Below are positions 44,947 to 53,024 of a stretch of 54,245 nt of DNA, piece by piece. The notes under the pieces are model-generated. The model had not been told where the DNA came from. It made no database searches and was given only the letters and a program-made list of their open reading frames with translations. Numbering within the stretch: the first letter of the stretch is position 1; the number at the start of each line of letters is the position of its first letter. Position numbers and translations under genes: made by a program. This DNA is from a virus (lineage: Duplodnaviria; Caudoviricetes): positions 1 to 54,245 of the IMG/VR virus record IMGVR_UViG_3300002852_000041; one strand, given 5' to 3'.

Positions 44947-46023
44947 TTAGCTTTCCTTGGCTTGCTTAATCATGGCAAAAACCTGCGGCCAGGCCCCCAC
45001 CAGCACCCCGTTGATAAACTCGGAATCGTAATTGCTGATGGGAGTATCCACCGGATAATAGCCCCTGCTGGCTACGGCCTGCTGAATTTCTGCAACGGTT
45101 ACATTGTTTGCCGCCATCAGGTCGGCCAGCGGTTTCGGTACGTCAGGGGAAGGCCCGGCATCCGGTATATCATTTAAGCTGTAGGTATTAACGGGGGCGG
45201 GATCCGGCTTCGTTTCGGGTTTCGTTTCCGGTTTCGGAGGTTCCGACTTTTGCTCTGTCCTGGTTTCAGGCACCGGATTTTGTTTTGTGGTAGATACCCC
45301 CCGGGTGACGATGCAGTGGGCTATTGAGCTGTAATCGAAAGGTATCTTATCAGTCAAACCATGGCGGTTTTTTGCGTCCCAGGCTGGGTGATGACTGGTG
45401 TAAATTACACGTTTGCCACCCTGGGCTTTATTTTTCTTATCCTCAGTTTTAACAACAATGGTTTCATAATTGGCGAAAAGAACCATGTCTGCCCATTCTT
45501 TAACCATTGGAGCTACATATTTGGTAAGTTTCAATTCCCAGCGGTCGTAGGCGCCCATTTCATCCGGCTGCTCAAATTTACGCATCTGAGCATGGCACAC
45601 GATAACCACATTTATACCGAGATCAATTAATTCTTCCAGCGCGTTTAATAATTTACCGAATGATTCTGCCAACCTGGGGTAACCCTTGCCATATCCAAAA
45701 TCCTCAATACTTTTTTTCCCAGCCGTTGCACATAAATCATTGGCGCAAAGTTTTTCTGCCCAGTCTCCAGTATCGATAATAAAAGTGTCGCAAGCTGTAG
45801 GATTGTTTTTGATGTAGTTAACATGTTCCAACAATAATGCCCAGCTACTTGTTTTTGCAGATTTTGATGTTCGCCTAACATTTAGTCTCCTGGTGCTTCC
45901 TTCAGTATCTTCAAACAAGGCGCCAGGGAAATTAGAAACAAAGGTTGATTTTCCAATTCCTTCGGGGCCGTAAAAGACAACCTTTTGAGCCCCATCAATT
46001 ACTCCGCTGGTGATTTCCATCAA
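44947..46023 (-). CDS. Sak4-like ATPase/recombinase (AAA_24)
   Basis: YGPEGIGKST, DTEGS, FGYGKGY, EWADMVLFA, AKNR. Confidence 0.9.
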   Translation of the reverse strand: MMEITSGVIDGAQKVVFYGPEGIGKSTFVSNFPGALFEDTEGSTRRLNVRRTSKSAKTSSWALLLEHVNYIKNNPTACDTFIIDTGDWAEKLCANDLCATAGKKSIEDFGYGKGYPRLAESFGKLLNALEELIDLGINVVIVCHAQMRKFEQPDEMGAYDRWELKLTKYVAPMVKEWADMVLFANYETIVVKTEDKKNKAQGGKRVIYTSHHPAWDAKNRHGLTDKIPFDYSSIAHCIVTRGVSTTKQNPVPETRTEQKSEPPKPETKPETKPDPAPVNTYSLNDIPDAGPSPDVPKPLADLMAANNVTVAEIQQAVASRGYYPVDTPISNYDSEFINGVLVGAWPQVFAMIKQAKES

Positions 46024-46026
46024 GTT

Positions 46027-46764
46027 TCACTCCTCTTCTCTTTCTAAAATGCTGCCTGCTTCAAAATCTGCCGTTGAAAGCAGAACTACAAGAGGCGTCA
46101 TTTTAGTGGCATTATTAAAAGCCCATCTGCCGGAATAGTCGCTTAAATCCCAAGCTGCCATATGCCACCTGATGGCAAGCTTTTCATGGTCAGTAAGCTT
46201 GATAAAATCCTGCAGAATACTCAAGGATCTTTCTCCGTGGCCAAGAGGCAGCTTATCGTTAACGGAGAACGCAACCGGTAATTCCGGAAATGGATCTTTG
46301 GGTCGGTTTTTAAGCCAATCAATCAAAATCGTTGCGCTTGCAGAGGGAACCGATCTTTTGAACTGACCGTTTTCATCAAATGTTTTTAAAAAAACGCCGG
46401 CGCTAAACTCAGCAACCAAACCTTTTTTCTGTGACCATAAGCTGTTGAGATAGTTGAACTGAGAATCACTGCAAGGCTCTCCACCTTCCTGATAAAAATT
46501 TACCTTGCAGAGGTCGTGGCCCAGGCCGCAAATGATGATTGATTCTTCCGGAGCATCAATTTTGAAAAGTTTTATCTTTTCATACAGCAGGCTGTAAACA
46601 TTTAAGCTATGTTCTGCCAGTCCGCCAATTTTGGCTAAATGATGTTTTGTAGAGCAAGGAGCCCGAAAGAAATCAGATTCATTCAAGAAACTAATCAGTT
46701 CTTCTATCCCGGTTCGGTTAACTTGACGCCAAAGACTGAGAATAACTTCCCTATGTCCAGACAT
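46027..46764 (-). CDS. HD-domain phosphohydrolase
   Basis: APCSTKHH, GGLAEHS, HDLCK, GHGE.S, AIRWHM, AD. Confidence 0.9.
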   Translation of the reverse strand: MSGHREVILSLWRQVNRTGIEELISFLNESDFFRAPCSTKHHLAKIGGLAEHSLNVYSLLYEKIKLFKIDAPEESIIICGLGHDLCKVNFYQEGGEPCSDSQFNYLNSLWSQKKGLVAEFSAGVFLKTFDENGQFKRSVPSASATILIDWLKNRPKDPFPELPVAFSVNDKLPLGHGERSLSILQDFIKLTDHEKLAIRWHMAAWDLSDYSGRWAFNNATKMTPLVVLLSTADFEAGSILEREEE

Positions 46765-48036
46765 TTAAAACGCACCTGCCTTCCATTTCGGTGTTTCCGG
46801 CGCTTCCGGTACCGGGGCCCCGGCCACATAACCGTCTTCAATGATCAGACTGCATTCCTCCCCGGTGCTGACCCGAGTGGCAATGGCCTGCAGCCCTTCC
46901 TGTTCCAGCCAGACTCCGAACTCGGTCAGGGTGTCCATATCCATCTGCTCCAGCTTGTCAAGCAATACAAAGCCACATTTGGGGTTAAGCTTGCGGACGA
47001 TGGCCACAGACACCTTAAGCTGGTCAGACCCGCTCATATTGTCCCATTTGTGGCCATTGTAGGTTAACTCCCCGTCCGCCACAGAGAGCCCGGGCAGCGG
47101 CAGGTCGGAGCCTTTCAGTAGGTCAATTTTTGCCTGTCTGGCAGCATCCAGCTGAGTAGTCAGGGCTGCATACTGGTTGGCATAATCCAGGGCGTCCTCT
47201 TCGGCTTTATCCTTGTCCAGGTTGGTCCGGACTTTGCGGTTGATTTCCTCAATATTGGCGATATTGGCTTCCAGTTCTTCGGTGCTTTCATCGTGCAGGT
47301 CCACGGCAGACTTCCGAGCTATTTCCAGGTCAGCCAGGATGGCGGCTTGTTTTTTTAGTAGCTCGTCAAGTTGATGCTGAATGGTTTTGGCCTGTGCTTC
47401 CAGGTTCTGTAGGTTCTGGCGTTTACGCTGGTTCTCGCCGTTCCTGGCCAGGATATCCTGCTGCTGCCGGATCAGCTCGGAAGCGGAAACCAGTTCCTTG
47501 GGCGCATCCGGGTAGTAGGTCTGCTCTTTGGCAAACTTCTTCTTCTGGTCAGCGATCTGGCCGATAGTATGCCGCCGGTTGTATATTTCCGTTTCCTGCC
47601 GCTCCAACTCAACCAGCTTGTTGCCAACGCCGATAATCTGCAGGAGGGTGTTGGCCTTTTCCTTGTTGCTGGACTGCATAAACTTCGGCAGGTCCAGGGC
47701 CAGTTGCTCAACAAATTCATTAAGCAGCTGCTGGCCGCCCTTTTGCCCAGTGGGGTCAATGACTTTCAGATCGCTGTTTTTCCCTTTCCGCTCTACTACC
47801 AGCCCGTTACTCATGGTCAGGTGTAGCGTGGGGGGGATTACCGATCCCGCCCGCTGGGCTTCCGAGGGCCGGTAGGCATTACCGCCCAGGGCCCAGGCAA
47901 TGGCATCCAGTACGGAGGTTTTGCCCTGGTTATTCTTGCCGCCTACTATTGTCAGCCCGTTTGCTGTGGGTTCGATTTTGACGGCCTTGACACGCTTGAC
48001 GTTTTCGATTTCGAGTTTGTTTATTTTAATGCTCAC
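46765..48036 (-). CDS. SMC/Rad50-like ATPase
   Basis: GKNNQGKTS, long coiled coil, MSGS signature, LLDKLE. Confidence 0.9.
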   Translation of the reverse strand: MSIKINKLEIENVKRVKAVKIEPTANGLTIVGGKNNQGKTSVLDAIAWALGGNAYRPSEAQRAGSVIPPTLHLTMSNGLVVERKGKNSDLKVIDPTGQKGGQQLLNEFVEQLALDLPKFMQSSNKEKANTLLQIIGVGNKLVELERQETEIYNRRHTIGQIADQKKKFAKEQTYYPDAPKELVSASELIRQQQDILARNGENQRKRQNLQNLEAQAKTIQHQLDELLKKQAAILADLEIARKSAVDLHDESTEELEANIANIEEINRKVRTNLDKDKAEEDALDYANQYAALTTQLDAARQAKIDLLKGSDLPLPGLSVADGELTYNGHKWDNMSGSDQLKVSVAIVRKLNPKCGFVLLDKLEQMDMDTLTEFGVWLEQEGLQAIATRVSTGEECSLIIEDGYVAGAPVPEAPETPKWKAGAF

Positions 48037-48072
48037 AATTGGCCCTCCTTATTTAGTTTTGTCAGGCAATCT

Positions 48073-48399
48073 TTAAAATGTGTACTGCTTTAAGCTTTCT
48101 TGATACGACTTATCACAGCATTTTTCACATACCATTTCACCCTTATGGCTAACGGTAATCAATGCCCCTTTGGTGTTGTTGCTGCCACAGGTAGTACAGG
48201 TAAATAGGCGTTTTTGATAGTCGCAGGGAATTCCTTTTGGCTTACGCACTTCCGCACTATATCTACGCCATGATACTTTTGCATGATGGCAGTAACATGT
48301 CGGTGAAGAGGGAGCATTTTTTATTCCCGCAAAATTCGCTAATGATGGCGATATACCAGCCCTATATTCATAATGAGTACATGTCTGGCATTTGCTCAT
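48073..48399 (-). CDS. AT-rich Cys-rich hypothetical protein (cassette)
   Basis: Several CxxC motifs. Confidence 0.55.
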   Translation of the reverse strand: MSKCQTCTHYEYRAGISPSLANFAGIKNAPSSPTCYCHHAKVSWRRYSAEVRKPKGIPCDYQKRLFTCTTCGSNNTKGALITVSHKGEMVCEKCCDKSYQESLKQYTF

Positions 48400-48563
48400 T
48401 GTTTACACATCCTTGCTGCGCTGCTTTACCATCAAGTCCATCATTTACTACTTACTCTCTGCCGGCAGAGGTGCAAGGATATTGGGTACAGTCCGCAGTC
48501 AAATTCAAACTTACGGCAGTGCCCCGCTTGTTTACATTCCAACAGGGACACTTTCGCCGGAAT

Positions 48564-48965
48564 TCACCCGGGCACCGGGAGTGGCTGCGGATTAGCTTTG
48601 AGATAACCCACAAGCCCCCTGTAATGATTCCGGAGGAGCCAGTCCAGCAGTGTCCCCGCCGTCCGTAGGTGCTCGTCCAGTATGGACTTGCAGTGTATTT
48701 TGACTTCCTCTGTCTGGTCATATGAGAGATGCAGGCCCAGGGCACGAAGCGCCTCCAGTTGAAGTTGAAAATCGGGTACCCGGTCAGTGTTGGCCAGGTG
48801 GGCCAGTATTTCGGTCTGCCGTTTTTTCAGTTCGCTCAATATGTGCCGGGCGAGATCCGGCAGGGCTCCCATGGACCAGGGGGTGTCCACCTTTAGGCCC
48901 CCCTGGTAATAAATCCTGATTCCCATACTCTCGGCCCGGGTCATTAAATCGGCGGTCTGGTTCAT
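48564..48965 (-). CDS. Hypothetical protein
   Basis: Translationally coupled to the upstream ORF (TAATG overlap). Confidence 0.6.
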   Translation of the reverse strand: MNQTADLMTRAESMGIRIYYQGGLKVDTPWSMGALPDLARHILSELKKRQTEILAHLANTDRVPDFQLQLEALRALGLHLSYDQTEEVKIHCKSILDEHLRTAGTLLDWLLRNHYRGLVGYLKANPQPLPVPG

Positions 48966-49150
48966 TATTCGCTTATGTTCCCGGTGGTTTTTATCTCGAA
49001 CACCCGGCCGCAGTCATGGCAGACAACTGTTGAGTATTTAGGTTCTACGTTGGTCGGATCGATATTCTCAGATGCGCAAAACGGGCAGAAATTCAGCATG
49101 TTTTTATCCTCCCTTTTTGTTTTTGGTTTTTCCCGCCGGCCCACCAGCAA
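48965..49150 (-). CDS. Small Zn-ribbon protein
   Basis: CPFC...CHDC; likely start at MLNFC. Confidence 0.55.
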   Translation of the reverse strand: MLVGRREKPKTKREDKNMLNFCPFCASENIDPTNVEPKYSTVVCHDCGRVFEIKTTGNISE

Positions 49151-49311
49151 GGCTCACAGAACCAGCCCACTTTAACGAGTTTGATTCTGTTGGGGCCTTT
49201 TTCTGGCGCTGGCGCATAAATGCACTTTCTCAGGTATGTTCCGGATACATCGCACCCACAATAGGCGCAGGCTGTACCCGGTGGAGCGTTAGCCGTGTTT
49301 AATGCTTTCAT
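49093..49311 (-). CDS. Small Zn-finger protein
   Basis: CAYC...CEPC; overlaps neighbours. Confidence 0.55.
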   Translation of the reverse strand: MKALNTANAPPGTACAYCGCDVSGTYLRKCIYAPAPEKGPNRIKLVKVGWFCEPCWWAGGKNQKQKGRIKTC

Positions 49312-49573
49312 GGTTTCTCCTGCAAATCGGGCAGTATTGACTTGCCTTTTTCATATTCTTAAGGCGCCGTTCAAAGTTTCTGTCGCCCTCCGGCCAGGTT
49401 CGGGCCAACTCAAAGTCTATGCCGGCCTCCTTGATGACTTTCATCAGCTTAGCGCCAGTACCTGACCGGTGATGTTTTATTCTGGCTTCAAGTTCCTCCT
49501 GGCCGCCGTCAACAAAGCCGATATAGTGACGTGCATGCTGGTAATTTTTATTGAAGTGCAGGAGGTAAACCAA
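49289..49573 (-). CDS. GIY-YIG-like endonuclease
   Basis: VYLLHF..HARHYIG...RIKHH..G.GA...ERRLK. Confidence 0.8.
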   Translation of the reverse strand: MVYLLHFNKNYQHARHYIGFVDGGQEELEARIKHHRSGTGAKLMKVIKEAGIDFELARTWPEGDRNFERRLKNMKKASQYCPICRRNHESIKHG

Positions 49574-49686
49574 CTTGACCGTCTCCTTTTAATAAACTCC
49601 TGTATCAGGCGGCTTTAGTTTCTCGCCCATCAGTCGCCAGCCAGGCCAGCCGCCGCATGGTAATCGCCCCCCCCCCTTAAGGGTGT

Positions 49687-49762
49687 AAAAAAGGACACCC
49701 CCTGATTTACTCAGGAAGTGCCCTACTCACCGGGTCACGGGTGACGGAGGTCAAAGCCTCCC
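49687..49762 (-). ncRNA. Structured cis-RNA motif, copy B (two hairpins + terminator)
   Basis: GGAGGCTTTGACCTCC-G-TCACC(N8)GGTGA-GTA-GGGCAC...GTGTCC-TTTTTT. Confidence 0.7.
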
Positions 49763-49805
49763 ATTCGATATTCACTTTTCCCTCGGACGCTTGGGGAACT
49801 GCGGC

Positions 49806-49925
49806 TTAGGTGGCACCGGAATCACCACCGTCCGGTATTTCGGTCCCACAGTAAGGGCAGATCCAGGGGATAGCTCCGGCGCTGTATGAAGTCTTACTGC
49901 AATTCGGGCAGACTCTGCTTTGCAT
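49806..49925 (-). CDS. 39-aa Zn-ribbon peptide
   Basis: Hand translation: MQSRVCPNCSKTSYSAGAIPWICPYCGTEIPDGGDSGAT; AAGGAG RBS. Confidence 0.6.
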   Translation of the reverse strand: MQSRVCPNCSKTSYSAGAIPWICPYCGTEIPDGGDSGAT

Positions 49926-49970
49926 GGGATCAACTCCTTTGGTGTGGAGTGTCTATAAACTATGCAGTAA

Positions 49971-50351
49971 CTATATGGCACGTTTTTTCTTGTTTAAACA
50001 GTCCGTGCATACCTGCCCTATGTTTATCCTGGTACTAAATTGACCGCAAGCGGAACATACCATGCCGGAACTTTTAAACTCGGGAAGGAGTCCAGCAAAG
50101 AGAAGCTCCTTATTGCCAAGTCTCTCCACCCTCCAACCCTTTGCCGTATTGACTTCCATTGCCATTTGATGCTTTACAACAATAAGCCGGTCATTGTTTT
50201 TCTTGCGGATTATGCCCACATAAAGATGGTCTTTCGGGCAATCCTCCCATTTCGGAAGTTGTGACCTACGAGTTATTTCTTTCACCGATATTACGGCGGG
50301 AAGTCCATCCCAGAAACCTTTTATTTTATTTTCAAACTCCTGTATAGGCAT
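49971..50351 (-). CDS. AT-rich hypothetical protein (cassette)
   Basis: AAAGGATG RBS; C-terminal CSAC...CTDC. Confidence 0.6.
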   Translation of the reverse strand: MPIQEFENKIKGFWDGLPAVISVKEITRRSQLPKWEDCPKDHLYVGIIRKKNNDRLIVVKHQMAMEVNTAKGWRVERLGNKELLFAGLLPEFKSSGMVCSACGQFSTRINIGQVCTDCLNKKKRAI

Positions 50352-50400
50352 AAAATAATCATCCTTTCTTAATGAACAACATTACTCATGCTGTGCTCAT

Positions 50401-50640
50401 CTACAGAGGCAGGTACGGTATAACCGGCCGCTTCATCAACTGAGCCGCTTTGTTCCCCCTGAAAGGAGTAGGTATGTAGCCCTTGGACTTGCCCCGGGTT
50501 ATCTCTTTTATAATCCGCTGGCCCCGCTTGAATTCAGGCACACCGTTTTTCTCTTCCTGCTTCAGAATGGCGGCGATGTTGGGCCGGTAAACCAGGTGTT
50601 TATGCCTCTCCCAGTAGGTGAGCTTTTGTCTTGCCAGCAG
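50401..50640 (-). CDS. Hypothetical 79-aa protein with probable CTG start
   Basis: Open frame LLARQKLTYWERHKH...PYLPL after GGGAGGG RBS; no ATG/GTG/TTG at the expected position. Confidence 0.4.
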   Translation of the reverse strand: MLARQKLTYWERHKHLVYRPNIAAILKQEEKNGVPEFKRGQRIIKEITRGKSKGYIPTPFRGNKAAQLMKRPVIPYLPL

Positions 50641-50704
50641 TATCCCTCCCGTGATAAAATTTCCTTAACCAATTATCTGACTGCCGTTTTCGGCAGTTTT
50701 CTTT

Positions 50705-50959
50705 TTATTTGCCTTGGGCTTTGGTAATAGCGTTATCTAATGCTGTAAAGGCATCGGCATCCTCTTGAATGCACCAATCGCATGACAGTCTTTCCAGTAC
50801 CTTGAGTGCCTTTTTTGCTGCCTCCAGTAGTTCCGGTGCTGCCGTGTATAATCGGGCAAGCGATTTTGGATCATCTCCCTCCTTAATTACTGCGCTAAAT
50901 AAGGCCACCGGGTCACCATCGGTATTTAGGCTTACGGATTTTAGCCTTACCTCTTTCAC
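50705..50959 (-). CDS. Phage hypothetical protein
   Basis: ARL..AAPELLEA...AITKA.G motif common in phage early proteins. Confidence 0.7.
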   Translation of the reverse strand: MKEVRLKSVSLNTDGDPVALFSAVIKEGDDPKSLARLYTAAPELLEAAKKALKVLERLSCDWCIQEDADAFTALDNAITKAQGK

Positions 50960-50963
50960 CCTC

Positions 50964-51101
50964 TCACCTCCCCGCCCAGTGAATTATCCCGAAGTACCAC
51001 ACCCCTACCCAGCCAACTAGGGCAATCACCGCCAGGGGCTTACAGTTATACCACCTCCACCGCTTTTGCTTGAACAGCTGATTGACATTTGTTATCGCCA
51101 T
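50964..51101 (-). CDS. 45-aa single-TM peptide
   Basis: Hand translation: MAITNVNQLFKQKRWRWYNCKPLAVIALVGWVGVWYFGIIHWAGR. Confidence 0.45.
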   Translation of the reverse strand: MAITNVNQLFKQKRWRWYNCKPLAVIALVGWVGVWYFGIIHWAGR

Positions 51102-51111
51102 TATGTACCCC

Positions 51112-51252
51112 CTAAAACCTCAACAGCTCCGGTGTGTGAGTTATTGCATACCAACCATAGGCCAAGGCACCGAATAACGCCAGCATCCCCGCAAGCTTTA
51201 CCATTGCATCAACCCAAATCCACACCGATGCGGCCCTTTTCAGTCCTTTCAT
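51112..51252 (-). CDS. 46-aa single-TM peptide
   Basis: Hand translation: MKGLKRAASVWIWVDAMVKLAGMLALFGALAYGWYAITHTPELLRF; AAGGAGG RBS. Confidence 0.5.
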   Translation of the reverse strand: MKGLKRAASVWIWVDAMVKLAGMLALFGALAYGWYAITHTPELLRF

Positions 51253-51601
51253 CCCGTACCTCCTTCCTGTAGATGCTTCCGCAGCCCCTGCACCAGGCCG
51301 TTATTTCGGGGGCCTGTCCGGCGAGGTAGTCAAAAGCACTTGCGTTACATACCGGGCACCGACTGTATGCCTGCTGGTCTGCTATGATGATGACCACCGG
51401 CCAGCTGCCAGTGTTGGTTACAACCGGGTCACCCTTTCTTACCGAGAAGTTGTCAACCCTCAGCTGAGATATGCCGTACTTGTCCAAAACGCCGGAGATA
51501 AAAGACATCATTTCCTGCCTGTCCCACCTACCCTGGGCGTAAAGCTGCAGGGCTGTGTGGCACTGTGCGCGGTCCTCGTGTGTGGGGAAAGATTTAATCA
51601 T
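51209..51601 (-). CDS. Hypothetical protein with Zn-ribbon
   Basis: CPVC...CRGC; AAGGAGG RBS. Confidence 0.65.
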   Translation of the reverse strand: MIKSFPTHEDRAQCHTALQLYAQGRWDRQEMMSFISGVLDKYGISQLRVDNFSVRKGDPVVTNTGSWPVVIIIADQQAYSRCPVCNASAFDYLAGQAPEITAWCRGCGSIYRKEVRDERTEKGRIGVDLG

Positions 51602-51626
51602 GGGTTGTCCCTCCTTTTGTGGTATT

Positions 51627-51938
51627 TCACTTTACCTGGAGAGTCTTACTAATCGGGGCTATCGACTGTTTTTCTTGGCCTTCCATCCACTTATCCAGGG
51701 CTTCTTCCCTGATTATTATCCTCGTCCCGATACGCATGTGAGGTATCTGTCCTTTGCGAATGGCCTCCCGGAATTTCGTCAGCCCGATAGCACCCTGAAA
51801 ATAATCTTTAAGAGCTGTTTGAACTGTGAATACTCGCTTGGGCCTGTCCTCCATTAAAAGGTTGGGCATTTTGCGACCGCATTCTGGGCAGAACTTTGCG
51901 TTTTCAGGGGCTTTGGAGCCGCATTCCTGACAGTACAC
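51627..51938 (-). CDS. Excisionase-like HTH with N-terminal zinc ribbon
   Basis: YCQECG...NAKFCPECG + IRKGQIPHMRIGTRIIIREEALDKW. Confidence 0.8.
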   Translation of the reverse strand: MYCQECGSKAPENAKFCPECGRKMPNLLMEDRPKRVFTVQTALKDYFQGAIGLTKFREAIRKGQIPHMRIGTRIIIREEALDKWMEGQEKQSIAPISKTLQVK

Positions 51939-51962
51939 AGAATCACCCTCTCAAGTGGCTTT

Positions 51963-52202
51963 TTAACTAGCCTGTATTTCCGTCACGCTGTGTAAAAAAT
52001 TAAGGTCCATTGTCAGACACGCAGCAATGCTTGTCAGCGCTTCTACGCTTGGAGCATACCTGCCGTTTTCTATGTCCGAAATATAGTTTCTGGAAAGTCC
52101 GGTTTTCTCCGATACTTCCAGCTGAGTTAGACCTTTTTCCAGACGACTCTCTTTTATTTTTTTGCCTATTTTTTCTCTTGCCGCGGCATCCATTGTTTTC
52201 AC
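51963..52202 (-). CDS. Cro-like XRE regulator
   Basis: IGKKIKESRLEKGLTQLEVS...SRNYISDIENGRYAPS; divergent from the repressor. Confidence 0.88.
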   Translation of the reverse strand: MKTMDAAAREKIGKKIKESRLEKGLTQLEVSEKTGLSRNYISDIENGRYAPSVEALTSIAACLTMDLNFLHSVTEIQAS

Positions 52203-52221
52203 CCCCTGGAAATATAGTACG

Positions 52222-52422
52222 GTATTTCCGTCACTGTGTAAACTCGGAAAAACAAGCCTTAGGGACTACTACGAAAGGATGAGTGGCATTAGCTCACTAA
52301 TACTAATTAATCCGTCAATGTACTTGTATATCCGTCACTGGTTGTATTGTATATCCGTCTTTCGGGGTATTGTATATCCGACATATATTGGTTATAATGT
52401 GAGCATAGTCGGTAGAACCGAC
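52222..52422. promoter_or_regulatory. Immunity switch: operators and repressor promoter
   Basis: TTGTATATCCG(T/A)C at 52324, 52347, 52370 (23-bp period); related TCCGTCA at 52227, 52311 and 51979; TTGTAT-17-TATAAT; GTCGGT-AGA-ACCGAC palindrome. Confidence 0.75.
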
Positions 52423-52447
52423 ATTAAACAGGGAGAGGGTATAAATA

Positions 52448-53014
52448 GTGCATTTAGGTGATCGCATAAAAAAGGTAAGGGAAGGCCTAAATTTTACGCA
52501 GAAGGAATTGGCTTTAAAGGCTAACATATCTCGCTCATACTTAGCAGATATAGAGAATAACAGGTATAACCCCAGTTTGGACACGCTTACTAAAATTGCA
52601 GGAGCGCTCGATGTTTCACCTGATCGCTTAACCGGTGAAACAGCCCGTAGTCTAATAGAGGACAGGCTCGAAGAACTGAGCATGCCTCTATCCGAATTAG
52701 CTCATAAAGCAGAAGTTCCGTTGGCTTTTCTTACTAATCTTGATAGTGTCATACCGGACGAGGGTGATTACGATTATGTAACTAAAATCGCTAAAGCCCT
52801 TGGAGTTCAACCTGGTAGCCTACGCGCAGCCCTTGCGCGTCAGGAACCCCCGATCTATGATGGCCCCAAATCCAACCCTGAGGAAGACTTTGCGATGGTC
52901 TCAGAGGCTTCTATGGATTATGCCTGTGGCGACGATTGGACGGAAGCTGAACTGAAAGAGATAGAAAGATTCAAAGATTTCCTGCGCATGAAGCGAAGCC
53001 AGAAAAAAGATTAG
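52448..53014 (+). CDS. CI/ImmR-like repressor with tandem HTH domains
   Basis: HTH_3 at the N-terminus; second HTH-like unit RLEELSMPLSELAHKAEV...KIAKALGV; ImmR-type C-terminal helix. Confidence 0.85.
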   Translation: MHLGDRIKKVREGLNFTQKELALKANISRSYLADIENNRYNPSLDTLTKIAGALDVSPDRLTGETARSLIEDRLEELSMPLSELAHKAEVPLAFLTNLDSVIPDEGDYDYVTKIAKALGVQPGSLRAALARQEPPIYDGPKSNPEEDFAMVSEASMDYACGDDWTEAELKEIERFKDFLRMKRSQKKD

Positions 53015-53024
53015 AGGTGAAAAC

